Positions 22,015 through 32,079 are shown, counted from the stretch's first letter. The stretch: 64,000 bases of DNA from Planctomycetota bacterium (GCA_031409275.1 JANNXA010000034.1:150120-214119), one strand, 5' to 3'. Numbers and translations: made by a program. Notes: a model not told the origin generated them from the sequence alone.

Positions 22015-22352
22015 CTAGAGCGCCTGATTCACGAGCCCCGTCGCCTGGCTACGCGGATCGTGAAGAAGTCGGGCGAACGCCTCGCGGGGCCATCTCGACG
22101 CTCCTCGCCATGCACTCGGCTCGAGGGCGGTATTCGCGTGAGCTGCGTGGCCGGCTGCAGCGAGGAGGTGTCCTCGCTCGTTGGAGCCATGGCCTCCGTC
22201 GCGACGCGGGAGGCTCAGGACGCGGAGGGAATGCACGGTTCTGGGGCGTCGTGCGTGCGAGGTCGAGCGGTGGCACCGCTGCGCAGGCACCCACCCGATT
22301 CTCCGGAGAGCCATCGCCGACGTCGTGCGACGACGGCGGCGATGGCGTCGCC

Positions 22353-22745
22353 TCAGCTCTTCGGCTTGACCGTGATGGAGATCGGCTGCGTGATGGCGAT
22401 TCCGCCAGCCCCGCTCGCCGTGACCCGCGCGACCGACTTCTCGACGAGCGCCGCGGAATCGGTGGCTCGCAGCGTGTAGGTGCCGCGGTCGCCAACGATC
22501 TTGGTGCCGGAGTCGACCACTTCGACCCCTTGCGGGAGGTCGGCGAAGTTGATCGAGACCTCGCCGGTCAACAGGTGGCGCTCGATGTGAAGCTCAGTGG
22601 TGGCCGTTCCGCCGCGCACGAGGCTGACACCCGCCGGGGCCTGCAGCGTGAGCTGAGCGCCGGAGGCGCCAGTCACGGTGGAGGACTTCTGGCAGCCTGC
22701 CGAAGCGAGCACGAGGAGGAAGAATGCGATCGGACGTTTCGACAT
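22353..22745 (-). CDS. Small Ig-like lipoprotein
   Basis: Lipobox SAGC; LPQGV motif; paralog of the adjacent gene. Confidence 0.75.
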   Translation of the reverse strand: MSKRPIAFFLLVLASAGCQKSSTVTGASGAQLTLQAPAGVSLVRGGTATTELHIERHLLTGEVSINFADLPQGVEVVDSGTKIVGDRGTYTLRATDSAALVEKSVARVTASGAGGIAITQPISITVKPKS

Positions 22746-22774
22746 GACGGACTCCAGACGAGGGGTGAAAGTGA

Positions 22775-23173
22775 TCATTCGACGACGGTGAGCGCGACCA
22801 CCTGCTCCGTGGCTTGACCGTTCGCCCCCTCGAGGGTGATCCGAATCGAGTGGTTCTGGAGCAGCGATGCCGTGCGCGACGCGCGCAGCACGAAGGTCGT
22901 CGCCGTGGTTTCGACTCGGCGCGACGAGTCCTCCGCGGAAACGCCATCAGGCAGTTGCGACAGCGTGACCGTGACGGCGCCGGTGAAGCGCTCGCGATCG
23001 ATGCCGACGGCGAGTAGCGCCGAGGCGCCCCGCTTCAGGTTGACGGAGAGCGGCGTGGTCACGGTGATCGACGTGCCGTCGTCACCATGCACGGTCGAAC
23101 TCTGGCAACCCATCGACATCAGCGACACGACGCAGCAGGAAGCGATGGCAATGAAGGCTCGGCGACAGTTCAT
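22775..23173 (-). CDS. Small Ig-like lipoprotein (paralog)
   Basis: Lipobox-like SMGC; LPDGV; aligns with 22353-22745. Confidence 0.75.
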   Translation of the reverse strand: MNCRRAFIAIASCCVVSLMSMGCQSSTVHGDDGTSITVTTPLSVNLKRGASALLAVGIDRERFTGAVTVTLSQLPDGVSAEDSSRRVETTATTFVLRASRTASLLQNHSIRITLEGANGQATEQVVALTVVE

Positions 23174-23236
23174 CAGAAGTCTCACGGTGGAATCGAGCGG
23201 TGGGGTCACGCAAGGCGCGTGACTGGCCTTGAAGAA

Positions 23237-23252
23237 CGCAAGGGGCGCGCCG
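23237..23252 (-). promoter_or_regulatory. Sigma54 -24/-12 promoter
   Basis: CGGCGCGCCCCTTGCG, about 64 nt upstream of 23173. Confidence 0.55.
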
Positions 23253-23381
23253 CGGCGCTTGGGTGCAGGCGGCCGGCGGTGCCCGCGAGCTCGCGCCCGC
23301 GACGCTTCTCGATTGCACCATCCGCTTGCAAATCGCGCCTCCGCCGTCCGGTCTCGTCGCCGCTCGGCCGGCCGCAACGAG

Positions 23382-23397
23382 TGGCACGCTTCGTGAA
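23382..23397 (+). promoter_or_regulatory. Sigma54 promoter, -12 GA variant
   Basis: TGGCACGCTTCGTGAA, about 39 nt upstream of 23436. Confidence 0.5.
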
Positions 23398-23435
23398 GAA
23401 GTGTTGCCAGACCCCAACTGCGCGGAGCTCCGAAC

Positions 23436-23585
23436 ATGCTTGAAACGATCGCTCTCGTCCTCGTCGCCTTGTGGCTGCTCGGACTCGTGTCGTCCTACAC
23501 CCTTGGCGGCTTCATCCACGTGTTGCTCGTCGTCGCCGTGGTGCTGATCTTGCTGCGCGTGATTCGCGGACGCCGGGTCGTCTGA
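23436..23585 (+). CDS. lmo0937 (DUF5670) family small membrane protein, 49 aa (absent from the ORF track)
   Basis: MLETIALVLVALWLLGLVSSYTLGGFIHVLLVVAVVLILLRVIRGRRVV; GGAG RBS. Confidence 0.88.
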   Translation: MLETIALVLVALWLLGLVSSYTLGGFIHVLLVVAVVLILLRVIRGRRVV

Positions 23586-23937
23586 CCCGTGCTGACGGGA
23601 CGCGCGTAATGGACCCCTCGCCATGACCGGGGCGTGGCCGTATGCGCCTTCACGAGTCACTCGACAATTCCGGAGCGTTCGCTTCGTGGCGCCCTATCGT
23701 CACGACCTTGTCGTCGCGGTCGAGCGGGGCGAGCGCTCCATGAAACCGCGTCCTCACGGGTGACGAGAGTCCTCACCCGGACGCTTCCCAAGCCACCGAC
23801 GCGATTCCTCCTGGGCGCCGGTGCGAGTCGGGCGACCCGTTGAGAAGTCGGACCCGTTCAGGGCCAACGCGCGGCGTGGCCAGAACCCCCACGCGATCGC
23901 GGGGGCGCGAAACAGGACGGGGCGAGGAGAGGCGTCG

Positions 23938-26880
23938 ATGCGGGCAAAGCCGGCCACCAAGCAACGACCGTCACGCGCAGCGGTGGCGCGACCGGGTCGG
24001 GCCCCGATCCCATGGATCGTCGGGATCGGCGCTTCCACCGGTGGGCTCAAGGCGTTCTCTGAGCTGCTGGCCGCGCTCGAACTCGATAACGGCGCTGCCG
24101 TCGTCCTCGTGCAGCACCTCGCTCCAACTCACAAGAGCCTGCTCACCCGGCTTCTAAGTGCGAAGACGCAGCTGGCGGTGGTGGAGGCCGGTGACGGAAT
24201 GGTGCTGCGCGCCAACCGCGTTGTCGTCATTCCTCCAAGCGCCGAACTGACCGTTGCGAAAGGACGTCTCCATCTCGTCCCGCGCCGGCGGGGTCCAGGA
24301 ACGCCGCGGCCGATCGACGTCTTCTTCCAGTCCTTGGCACAGGGGTGCGAGGGCAGATGCATCGCCATCGTGCTTTCGGGTGCCGGGACCGACGGATCGC
24401 AAGGGCTGCGAGCAGTGCGAGCGGCGGGCGGCATCACGATGGCCCAGGATCCGGCGACGGCGGAATGCTCCGACATGCCGGTCGCCGCGATCGAAACCGG
24501 GGCGGTGGACTTCGTGCTCGCACCGGCCGCCATCGGCGTCAAGATCGGCCAGCTCGAGAAGATGTCGCCCGCGGCGATCCACCATCTCGCGGGTCGCCGC
24601 CGCGACGCGACCGCGCCCGGACTTGATCCGCTTACGGCAATCTTGGAAGCCGTGCGCCGACACTCCGGCGTGGACTTCTCGCATTACAAGCGCCCGACCG
24701 TGCTGCGCCGACTCCAACGCCGCATGCGGGTTCATCAAATCACCACGATCGCAGCCTATTGCAGGCTGCTGGGCGGACGCCCCGAGGAGGTCGGCGAACT
24801 CTTCCGCGACCTGCTGATCCATGTCACCAGCTTCTTCCGCGATCGCCCGGTCTTCGATGCGCTGTCCAGCGAGTTGCTGCCACGCCTTCTGGCGCAGCGT
24901 GCGGACGACGTCCCGCTGCGCATCTGGGCACCAGGCTGCGCGACTGGTGAAGAGGCCTACTCGCTCGCCATGTGCCTGATCGAGTCGATGGAGACCGCGA
25001 AAAAGACGGTGCCGGTTCGCGTGTTTGCCACTGACGTGAGCGAGTCTGCCATCGAGACGGCGCGTGCAGGTCTCTACCCACCGTCGATTGCCGCCGACGT
25101 CTCACCGGAGCGGCTCAACCGTTTCTTCACCCGCGTCGACGGCCACTACCGAGTGACGAAGGCGGTGCGCGACCTCTGCATCTTCGCGCGACATGACGTC
25201 AGCCGCGATCCGCCCTTTTCGCGACTGGACTTGATTCTCTGCCGCAACCTCCTGATCTACCTCGATGCACCGCTACAACGTCGTCTGCTCACCGCCTTTC
25301 ACTACTCGCTGAAACCGGGAGGCGTCCTGGTGCTCGGCGCTGCCGAGTCGATCGGAGCGCAGACCGGGGAGTTCGGCCTCGTCGATGCGTTGCACCGCAT
25401 CTTCGTTCGCAAGCCGTCCGACGCGGTGGTCGTCGCCTCGATGCGGTGGCCGCCGCCCATTTCGCCGCTCACGCTGCTTACGCCGCTCAATCCGCTCACG
25501 CCGGCGGACGCATGCGAAGTCCCCGGGCTGAGTGAACGCGCAGACGCGTTGATCCTTGCGCGCTTCGCACCCGCGGGAGCGATCGTCGATGCCGATGGAC
25601 GGATCGTCAACTTCCGCGGCGCAACCGGGAACTACCTTGAAGCGCCGTCCGGCGAAGTCACGCTGGATCTGCTGAAGATGGTGCGCAGCGGGCTGCTGCG
25701 CGGGACTCGGGACGCGCTGCTCGAGGCGCGCCGCACCGGGCTAGCCGCCGAGCGTTCGGCGCTGCTTGTCGAGAAGAGGTGTCGGGTCAAGGTGGTGGTG
25801 CTGCCGATGGCACCGCCCGGGCCCAACTGCCACCGTCTCGTTCTGTTCGAAGACGGCGCGATCGATTCCAAGGCGTCTGGGCGGCGGAAGCTGGCCGCAT
25901 CGGAGCTGCGCCGCGTTGTCGGATCGACCGAGCTCATTTCGCAGCTGCGAAACGAGCTTGCGGCGAGCCGCGACTATCTGCAGACGATCCAGAACGACTT
26001 CGAGGCGGCACACGAGGAGCTGCAGTCGGCGAACGAGGAGATCCTCTCCAACAACGAAGAGCTGCAGAGCGCCAACGAGGAGCTCGACACCGCGAAGGAG
26101 CAGACGCAGTCCTCGAACGAGGAGCTGCGTTCCGCCAACAATGAGCTGCGCGCTCGTGTCGATGAACTCACGCGCTCCGGTCGCGACCTGATCGACCTGG
26201 TCGCGTGCGGTTCGACGGCGGCGTTCGTGGTGGATGCCGAACTGCGCGTGATTTGCTTCACGCCGAGCGCAAAGGAGCTGCTCGACCTGGTGCCGGCCAA
26301 CGTCGGCCAGGCTCTCGTCGCGGTCGTCGCGTCGCTTGCACTGCCGGAACTCGAGTCCCGGTTGCTCGCGGTCATCGACGGCGGCGCCCCGTTCGTTGGC
26401 AGTGTGCGTGACGCGAAGGGGCGCCCCTTCACGCTGCACCTCCAGCCGCGCCTCGACCCGAATGGGGAGATCACAGGAGCCATCATGATCCTGGCGGGAA
26501 CGTCTCTCGCGATCCACGACGGCTCCCGACTTCCAGCGCCGCAGACGCTGGTCGACCGGTTGTTTGCCATGTCGCGCGAGCCGCTCGCCCTGCTCGATGG
26601 CGATCTCCGCCTTCTGCGATTCAACGCGGCGTTCGTCGCGGCGCTGAAGTTGCCACCGCTCGATGTCGCGTCGCCGCTCGCGGCGCGTCTCGCCGATGGC
26701 ACGGCACGAAAGCAACTCGGCGAACTGCTCCAAGCGGATGCGCCGAGCGGGACCGCTGACATCACGTTGGACGCTGCGTCGGGCGAAGAGAGCGTCCTAT
26801 TGCGCGCCACGCGCTTCAGAGCCGACGACGCCTCCCCGAACCTGCTCCTCGAACTCGCGAGAGCCGGTGGCGCTTCGTGA
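23938..26880 (+). CDS. CheB methylesterase / CheR methyltransferase / coiled-coil / PAS fusion
   Basis: GIGASTGG, VQH, SGAGTDG; VTSFFRD, GCATGEEAYS, CRNLLIY; ELQSANEE repeats. Confidence 0.92.
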   Translation: MRAKPATKQRPSRAAVARPGRAPIPWIVGIGASTGGLKAFSELLAALELDNGAAVVLVQHLAPTHKSLLTRLLSAKTQLAVVEAGDGMVLRANRVVVIPPSAELTVAKGRLHLVPRRRGPGTPRPIDVFFQSLAQGCEGRCIAIVLSGAGTDGSQGLRAVRAAGGITMAQDPATAECSDMPVAAIETGAVDFVLAPAAIGVKIGQLEKMSPAAIHHLAGRRRDATAPGLDPLTAILEAVRRHSGVDFSHYKRPTVLRRLQRRMRVHQITTIAAYCRLLGGRPEEVGELFRDLLIHVTSFFRDRPVFDALSSELLPRLLAQRADDVPLRIWAPGCATGEEAYSLAMCLIESMETAKKTVPVRVFATDVSESAIETARAGLYPPSIAADVSPERLNRFFTRVDGHYRVTKAVRDLCIFARHDVSRDPPFSRLDLILCRNLLIYLDAPLQRRLLTAFHYSLKPGGVLVLGAAESIGAQTGEFGLVDALHRIFVRKPSDAVVVASMRWPPPISPLTLLTPLNPLTPADACEVPGLSERADALILARFAPAGAIVDADGRIVNFRGATGNYLEAPSGEVTLDLLKMVRSGLLRGTRDALLEARRTGLAAERSALLVEKRCRVKVVVLPMAPPGPNCHRLVLFEDGAIDSKASGRRKLAASELRRVVGSTELISQLRNELAASRDYLQTIQNDFEAAHEELQSANEEILSNNEELQSANEELDTAKEQTQSSNEELRSANNELRARVDELTRSGRDLIDLVACGSTAAFVVDAELRVICFTPSAKELLDLVPANVGQALVAVVASLALPELESRLLAVIDGGAPFVGSVRDAKGRPFTLHLQPRLDPNGEITGAIMILAGTSLAIHDGSRLPAPQTLVDRLFAMSREPLALLDGDLRLLRFNAAFVAALKLPPLDVASPLAARLADGTARKQLGELLQADAPSGTADITLDAASGEESVLLRATRFRADDASPNLLLELARAGGAS

Positions 26881-28529
26881 AAAAATCAACCGGCCGCACA
26901 AAGACGCGTCCCGCCATCGCAAGGCTGGATCAGGTGAAGAACGACTGCGAGCTCGACGATCTGCAAGTGCACCACGAGGAGCTTCAGACGCAGAACGAGC
27001 AGCTCGTCGAGGCGCAGCAAGCGCTCGAACTGAGCCGTTTGCGCTACCACGAATTGTTCGACCTGGCGCCAGTCGGCTATTCGACGCTCTCCAGCGTGGG
27101 CACGATCGAAGAGGTGAATCTCGCGCTCGTCCGACTGCTCGGCCGCGAGCGGCATCAGCTGGTGCGACGGTCGCTCCGGACCTTCGTTGCACCAGACCAT
27201 CGCCGGCGTTTCCTGGCGCACCTCGCGGACTGCGGTTCCGACGAACGCATGCACTGCGTCGACCTCGATCTGCTGGCCGGCGACGGCGAGAACGTCCCGG
27301 TTCGCCTCATCACGCAAGCGATTCAGCCCGGCTCGTTGTGGACGGTGATCACCGACCAGCGCGAGCAGGTGTCGATGCGGGCGGAACGAACTCTCGCTGA
27401 GAAGCGCGAGGCGGTCGCGGCGGCGACGATCGACTCCAAGGACCGTTTCCTCGCCATCCTCAGCCATGAACTGCGCACGCCGCTGACGCCGATCCTCGCG
27501 GCGGTCACGAGCCTCATGGACCTCGCCGAGCTGCCGACCTCGTTGCGCCCGCTCCTCGATGTGGTGTGTCGCAACGTGCGCGTCGAGGCGAGGCTGATCG
27601 ACGACCTTCTCGACCTGACGAGTTTCGAGCACCAGAAACTCAGTCTCGAAGTCGAGTCGGTGAACGTCCACGACGTCGCTCGAGACGTCGCGGCCGCACC
27701 CGGTGAGCCGGGTTCCGGCGAGCATTCAGTGCAACTTGAGTTGAACGCGACGATGGCTTACGTCGCGGCCGACCGAATGCGCCTGCGGCAGGTGCTGTCG
27801 AATCTGCTCAGCAACGCACGGCGCTATTCGCCGAAGGGCGGCAACGTCGTGATCAGGACGAGCGATGTCTCGACCGGCTTCCTCGAGTTCTCGGTCGAGG
27901 ACAATGGCATCGGCATCGATCGCTCGCTCCTCGTCCACATGTTCGAGCCGTTCGTGCAGCTGACGAAGCGCCGGCCAGGATTGCGCGGTCTTGGCCTCGG
28001 GCTCGCGATCTGCCGCGGAATCGTCGTGACACATGGCGGCCAGATCGAGGCGCACAGCGACGGCCTCGGCAAGGGAACACGCATCGTCGTGCGATGGCCG
28101 ACGGCTTCACGAGTCGCGGCGACGCCGCCACCCGTCGAGTCGCCAAAGGAAACTGCGCGGCCGCTGCGCATCCTCCTGGTCGAGGACGACGAGGATTGCG
28201 GGATCTCGCTCGCATTCCTCCTGCGACAAGCCGGCCATTCGGTCGAAGTGGCATCTTCATGCGCACAAGCGCGTGTGGTGTGTGTTCCGCCGCCGGACCT
28301 CATCATCAGCGACCTCGACTTGCCCGACGGAAACGGCTACGACCTGCTCGTCGAGCTGCGACAAGGGCGACCGTTGCCTGCGCTCGCACTTTCCGGATTC
28401 GGCGCTGCCGAGGATCGACGCAGGAGCCTGGCGGCCGGGTTCGAGGAGCATCTCATCAAGCCGATCGAGCGCAGCGCTCTGCTCGCCGCCGTAGCCAGTT
28501 CCGTGCAACGCAGTGGCGTGCTGGTCTGA
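26877..28529 (+). CDS. Hybrid PAS sensor histidine kinase with receiver domain
   Basis: SHELRTPL, NLLSNA, DNGIGI, GLGLGL; LLVEDD..SDLDLPD..KP; GTGA overlap. Confidence 0.93.
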   Translation: MKKSTGRTKTRPAIARLDQVKNDCELDDLQVHHEELQTQNEQLVEAQQALELSRLRYHELFDLAPVGYSTLSSVGTIEEVNLALVRLLGRERHQLVRRSLRTFVAPDHRRRFLAHLADCGSDERMHCVDLDLLAGDGENVPVRLITQAIQPGSLWTVITDQREQVSMRAERTLAEKREAVAAATIDSKDRFLAILSHELRTPLTPILAAVTSLMDLAELPTSLRPLLDVVCRNVRVEARLIDDLLDLTSFEHQKLSLEVESVNVHDVARDVAAAPGEPGSGEHSVQLELNATMAYVAADRMRLRQVLSNLLSNARRYSPKGGNVVIRTSDVSTGFLEFSVEDNGIGIDRSLLVHMFEPFVQLTKRRPGLRGLGLGLAICRGIVVTHGGQIEAHSDGLGKGTRIVVRWPTASRVAATPPPVESPKETARPLRILLVEDDEDCGISLAFLLRQAGHSVEVASSCAQARVVCVPPPDLIISDLDLPDGNGYDLLVELRQGRPLPALALSGFGAAEDRRRSLAAGFEEHLIKPIERSALLAAVASSVQRSGVLV

Positions 28530-28545
28530 CGGTCGCCGTACTCGT

Positions 28546-28947
28546 TCAGCGGCCACGCGGGCGTTTCTTGGCGGCTTGATCCATGCCGATGGCGATCTGC
28601 GCCACCTGGGCCGCCTTTCGCTCCTCGACCGATCGTTCGGCCGAAGGCTGGTGAGCGACGGTGGAAGACGGCTCCATCGGAAAGACCGACGGAGCGGGCG
28701 GTGGAGTCGCTTCGGGGGAGCGAGTGCGGCGCTTTGCGAGCGGCCGCGCTTCGGCGGTGTGTCCGCCGCCGGCCGCTTCCATCTCTCCCCGACCATCGCC
28801 GACTCCATCGGCGTTGGCACCGGACTTTTCGGTCAGAAGCCGGTCCGGTTCGTTGCGTTTCGGATCGAGCGTCGGCAGGTGCCGATTCGGATCGACCGCG
28901 GGCGCACGCATGCGGGGTCGCGGGGCATTCGGGGATGGAGGGTTCAT
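28546..28947 (-). CDS. Hypothetical protein
   Basis: AAGGA RBS; hydrophilic 133 aa ORF downstream of the PRC genes. Confidence 0.4.
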   Translation of the reverse strand: MNPPSPNAPRPRMRAPAVDPNRHLPTLDPKRNEPDRLLTEKSGANADGVGDGRGEMEAAGGGHTAEARPLAKRRTRSPEATPPPAPSVFPMEPSSTVAHQPSAERSVEERKAAQVAQIAIGMDQAAKKRPRGR

Positions 28948-29043
28948 GAATTCCTTGCGATGGCGGTGGTCGTCGCATTGCGGACGGGCACGGCTCCCCG
29001 CCCGGCGCCGAGTGCGGCGACGGGCGGGCAGCCGAGAACGATT

Positions 29044-29910
29044 TCAGCGCGGCAAGGTGGCCAGTGGGTCCGACCCTTCGGAACCGACCCACCACGGCTG
29101 CCGTCCGTAGTAGCGGTGCACGTCCGTGCCCCAGGTGCGATCGGCGAAGTTCGGCCAGTGGTGCTTGTCGAAACCGGGCGCTTCCGCGAGGCGCTGCTTG
29201 GCGACGTCGAGGATCAGCGTCTGACGTCCATCCACTGCGGTCGATGTCAGCGAGGACCACGGCAGTGCGAACAGCTTGTCGCCCATGCCAAGGAAACCAC
29301 CGAACGAAAGAACCGCGTAGACGATGCGATCGGAGCCATCCTCGATCGCGAGGTCGGTCAACGTGCCGACCACGGCACCCGACGGATCGGCGACATCGGC
29401 GCCAATGACGTTGGAAGCGCGCTCGAGGCCGCGGGCGTGCATGATCTCGGGGTCGAGTTCGACCGAGCCGACCGGTCCGACGGTCCGGTTCAGGGTGCTC
29501 GGCGAAGTGGCGCGGTAATGGGAGTTCACCGACTCGGTGTACTTGCGGTCGAACTGAGGCCAGGAGCCCGGCGCGAAGCTAGGCGCCCCTTCGAGCTCGA
29601 CACGCGAAAGGTCGGAGACGACGAATTCCGAGTCCGACGTGCGCTTCAGGCGGGAGAGCGGTACGGCGAAGTGCTTCTCGCCGATGCCGAGGAATCCGCC
29701 GAAGGAGAGCACGGCCGATGCGAGGTAGCCGGCGCGCTCATCGACGATGAGTTCCTCGATGGCGCCGATCTTGTCGCCCTTCGCGTCGCGAACGTCGCAT
29801 TTCAACAGCTGCGTGGCGCGGCGAACGCGATGCAATGTCGTGCGCGGGGTGGCGGTGGACCCGAGAGGGGTGGAGCCGGCGAGCGGCGCCGACGGGTAGG
29901 GTGGGTTCAT
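29044..29910 (-). CDS. PRC-barrel protein (two barrels), cytoplasmic
   Basis: Two YAVLSFGGFLG.G.K.FA.P-type motifs; APGFD...WP. Confidence 0.88.
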   Translation of the reverse strand: MNPPYPSAPLAGSTPLGSTATPRTTLHRVRRATQLLKCDVRDAKGDKIGAIEELIVDERAGYLASAVLSFGGFLGIGEKHFAVPLSRLKRTSDSEFVVSDLSRVELEGAPSFAPGSWPQFDRKYTESVNSHYRATSPSTLNRTVGPVGSVELDPEIMHARGLERASNVIGADVADPSGAVVGTLTDLAIEDGSDRIVYAVLSFGGFLGMGDKLFALPWSSLTSTAVDGRQTLILDVAKQRLAEAPGFDKHHWPNFADRTWGTDVHRYYGRQPWWVGSEGSDPLATLPR

Positions 29911-30014
29911 GTGTTGTCTTCCATCGGGAGCGCGCGAGGGCACGCTCGGTGAATCGTGACGCGTACCTCGCGGCGGCCAGTCAGCCGCCGCGAGGACGCG
30001 TCACGATGGATAAA

Positions 30015-30956
30015 TCAGCGGCCTGCGCTCGGCGGGTTGGTCTTCGCCTTGGGATCAATCCAATAGGGGTCCTGACCGTAGTAGCTGTGGATCTCGATCC
30101 CCCAGCGAGGATCCGCCATGTCCGGCCAGTGCTTCTGATCGAAGCCTGGGGCTGCCTTCAAGCGGTCCTTCGAGACGTCGAGGACCAACCGATCCTCGTT
30201 CTTCATCGACTGCTTCATCGCCTTCCATGGGATGGCGAAGTACTTGTCGCCCATGCCGAGGAAGCCGCCGAATGAAAGGACGGTGTAGACGATCCGGCCG
30301 GTGCCGTCGTCGATGACCAGCTCCTGCACGTCGCCAAGCGACTTGCCGTCGGTGTCTTCGACCGAGCTGCCGATCACCTTCGAAGCGCGACGCATGCCGC
30401 GCGCTCGAAGATGGTCCTTGTCGAGGGCGTCCTTGGTGATGCGAGTGGCATCCTGGTGCGGGACTCCGCTCGCAGCCAGCCAATACGGCGTCGCCTTGTA
30501 GTAGGTGTGGACCGTCTCGCCGTACGTGCGATCGAACGTCGGCCAGTTGTCGGAAGCGAATGCGGGCGCCTTCTCGAGCGTCGCCTTGGTGATGTCGGCG
30601 ACCACACAATGTTCGTCGTCGGTGCGCACGACGTTGGCGAACGGGATCGCGAACAGCTTCTCATCGAAGCCGAGGAAACCGCCGAAGGACAACACCGCGT
30701 AGGCGATATACCCCTCGTCCTCGTCGATGATGAGGGCCTCGACTTCACCGATCTTGCCACCCTTGGCGTCCATGACGTCGCAGTCAAGGAGTTTCGTGAC
30801 GCGGCACACGCGGCCGCGCACGACTTCCTTCGCAGGGGCCGGGATGGAAGGCTTGTCCTGGCTCTTCGCGGGAGCCACGCCGTCCTGAGCGAACGCGGAG
30901 TTCGCGAACGTCAGGAGTGTCACCGCAATCGATGCGGCATTTCGATGCAAGGTCAT
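30015..30956 (-). CDS. PRC-barrel protein (two barrels), secreted paralog
   Basis: Signal peptide ending AFA-Q; same motifs; GGAG RBS. Confidence 0.9.
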   Translation of the reverse strand: MTLHRNAASIAVTLLTFANSAFAQDGVAPAKSQDKPSIPAPAKEVVRGRVCRVTKLLDCDVMDAKGGKIGEVEALIIDEDEGYIAYAVLSFGGFLGFDEKLFAIPFANVVRTDDEHCVVADITKATLEKAPAFASDNWPTFDRTYGETVHTYYKATPYWLAASGVPHQDATRITKDALDKDHLRARGMRRASKVIGSSVEDTDGKSLGDVQELVIDDGTGRIVYTVLSFGGFLGMGDKYFAIPWKAMKQSMKNEDRLVLDVSKDRLKAAPGFDQKHWPDMADPRWGIEIHSYYGQDPYWIDPKAKTNPPSAGR

Positions 30957-31017
30957 TTACTTCTCCGAGGAGTGTCAAATTCGCTGCGAGACGAAGCTCG
31001 CGACGCAGGGGAGCAAG

Positions 31018-31033
31018 CGCAACCGTCATGCCG
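31018..31033 (-). promoter_or_regulatory. Sigma54 promoter
   Basis: CGGCATGACGGTTGCG, about 62 nt upstream of 30956. Confidence 0.7.
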
Positions 31034-31215
31034 CCGTCCGGCGCTGTCGCTCCCTGCGGGCGCGCGCGATCGCCGCTGGCGATCGCGTCGATTGCTACAA
31101 CCGTTGCAAACGCCCGTTCCCCCGGTCGTCGAGCGCCGCACGTTGAATCGAAACGTGGTGCCGCGAGCGGTGATGCGCCCGAGACTGGCGCGACCCGCTC
31201 GATCCGGCGCGGTGG

Positions 31216-32079
31216 TCAGCGGTCGAGCAGGTGAGTCACCGCCACTGGCACAGTGACCGGCGTGGCATTGAAGTCGGTGAGCCGATAGTTCATCGCGAAA
31301 TCGAGCAGCTCGGCGGCCTCCGGCGCCAGACGAGTCGTCGCTTCCTGTGAGAAGCCCGGCCGCAGCGGGGCGATGATCAGCTCAGCGACGGCGCCGTCAC
31401 GCACGACGATGCGCACGCGCAGCGAAATCGCGCCTGCCGTCGCGCGCGGGTCGGCGCCTGACGGCAGCTCGCAGTCCCAGGCGAGAGCTCCGGCATTGTC
31501 GCCATTCGTGATGCGCGTCGCGCTCGTGATGCGCGTCGCGCTGTGGTCGAGGATCTGGTGAGGGGCGAGGAATCGGACGAAATAGGGCAGCGCCGCAAGT
31601 GGCGGCGCCCCCGACGCGAGCGGCTCCGCGGGCCGCGCCGCGTTGCGCAGCAGTTGCCAGTCGTCGCCGCCTTGCAGGCGGAAGACGAGTCGCCCACGCG
31701 CGCGGAACGCCTCCACGCCGGCGCCGGTGATCTGGAGCGGCAGGGGGCGGGCGGAGCGGCCTTCGAGCTCGAAGGTGGCGGCCTTCGCCGACGTGCTCCA
31801 CGCCGCGGGGGCGGTACCGGCCAGGAGGAAGCGGTAACTCTCGAGCTCGTCGAAGGCGATCAGCGCGGCGCGCAACTCCGCATCGATCGCGAGGCGAGCG
31901 TTCGGATCGATGACGCGCGGCGTCTCCAGTGGTGGCTTCTGGGGTGTCGTTTGCGGAGTTTGGGGCGGCGTGTTCTGCAAACTGGTGCGCCACGGTCGGT
32001 GGCCGAACGATCGTGCCGTCGGCGAGAACGTGCTGGACGGCAGGATCACGAGCAGGAGCAGCAGGGCAGCGATCAACAT
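31216..32079 (-). CDS. Hypothetical exported protein
   Basis: Hydrophobic N-terminus, Pro/Thr linker; GAGG RBS. Confidence 0.6.
   Translation of the reverse strand: MLIAALLLLLVILPSSTFSPTARSFGHRPWRTSLQNTPPQTPQTTPQKPPLETPRVIDPNARLAIDAELRAALIAFDELESYRFLLAGTAPAAWSTSAKAATFELEGRSARPLPLQITGAGVEAFRARGRLVFRLQGGDDWQLLRNAARPAEPLASGAPPLAALPYFVRFLAPHQILDHSATRITSATRITNGDNAGALAWDCELPSGADPRATAGAISLRVRIVVRDGAVAELIIAPLRPGFSQEATTRLAPEAAELLDFAMNYRLTDFNATPVTVPVAVTHLLDR

Noticed and set aside
21862..22479. 205-aa ORF crossing the MITE
   Set aside because: Reads through MITE and antisense lipoprotein sequence; no protein motifs
31506..31541. 18-bp direct tandem duplication
   Set aside because: Two copies, in frame within a CDS (SATRIT x2); not CRISPR or regulatory
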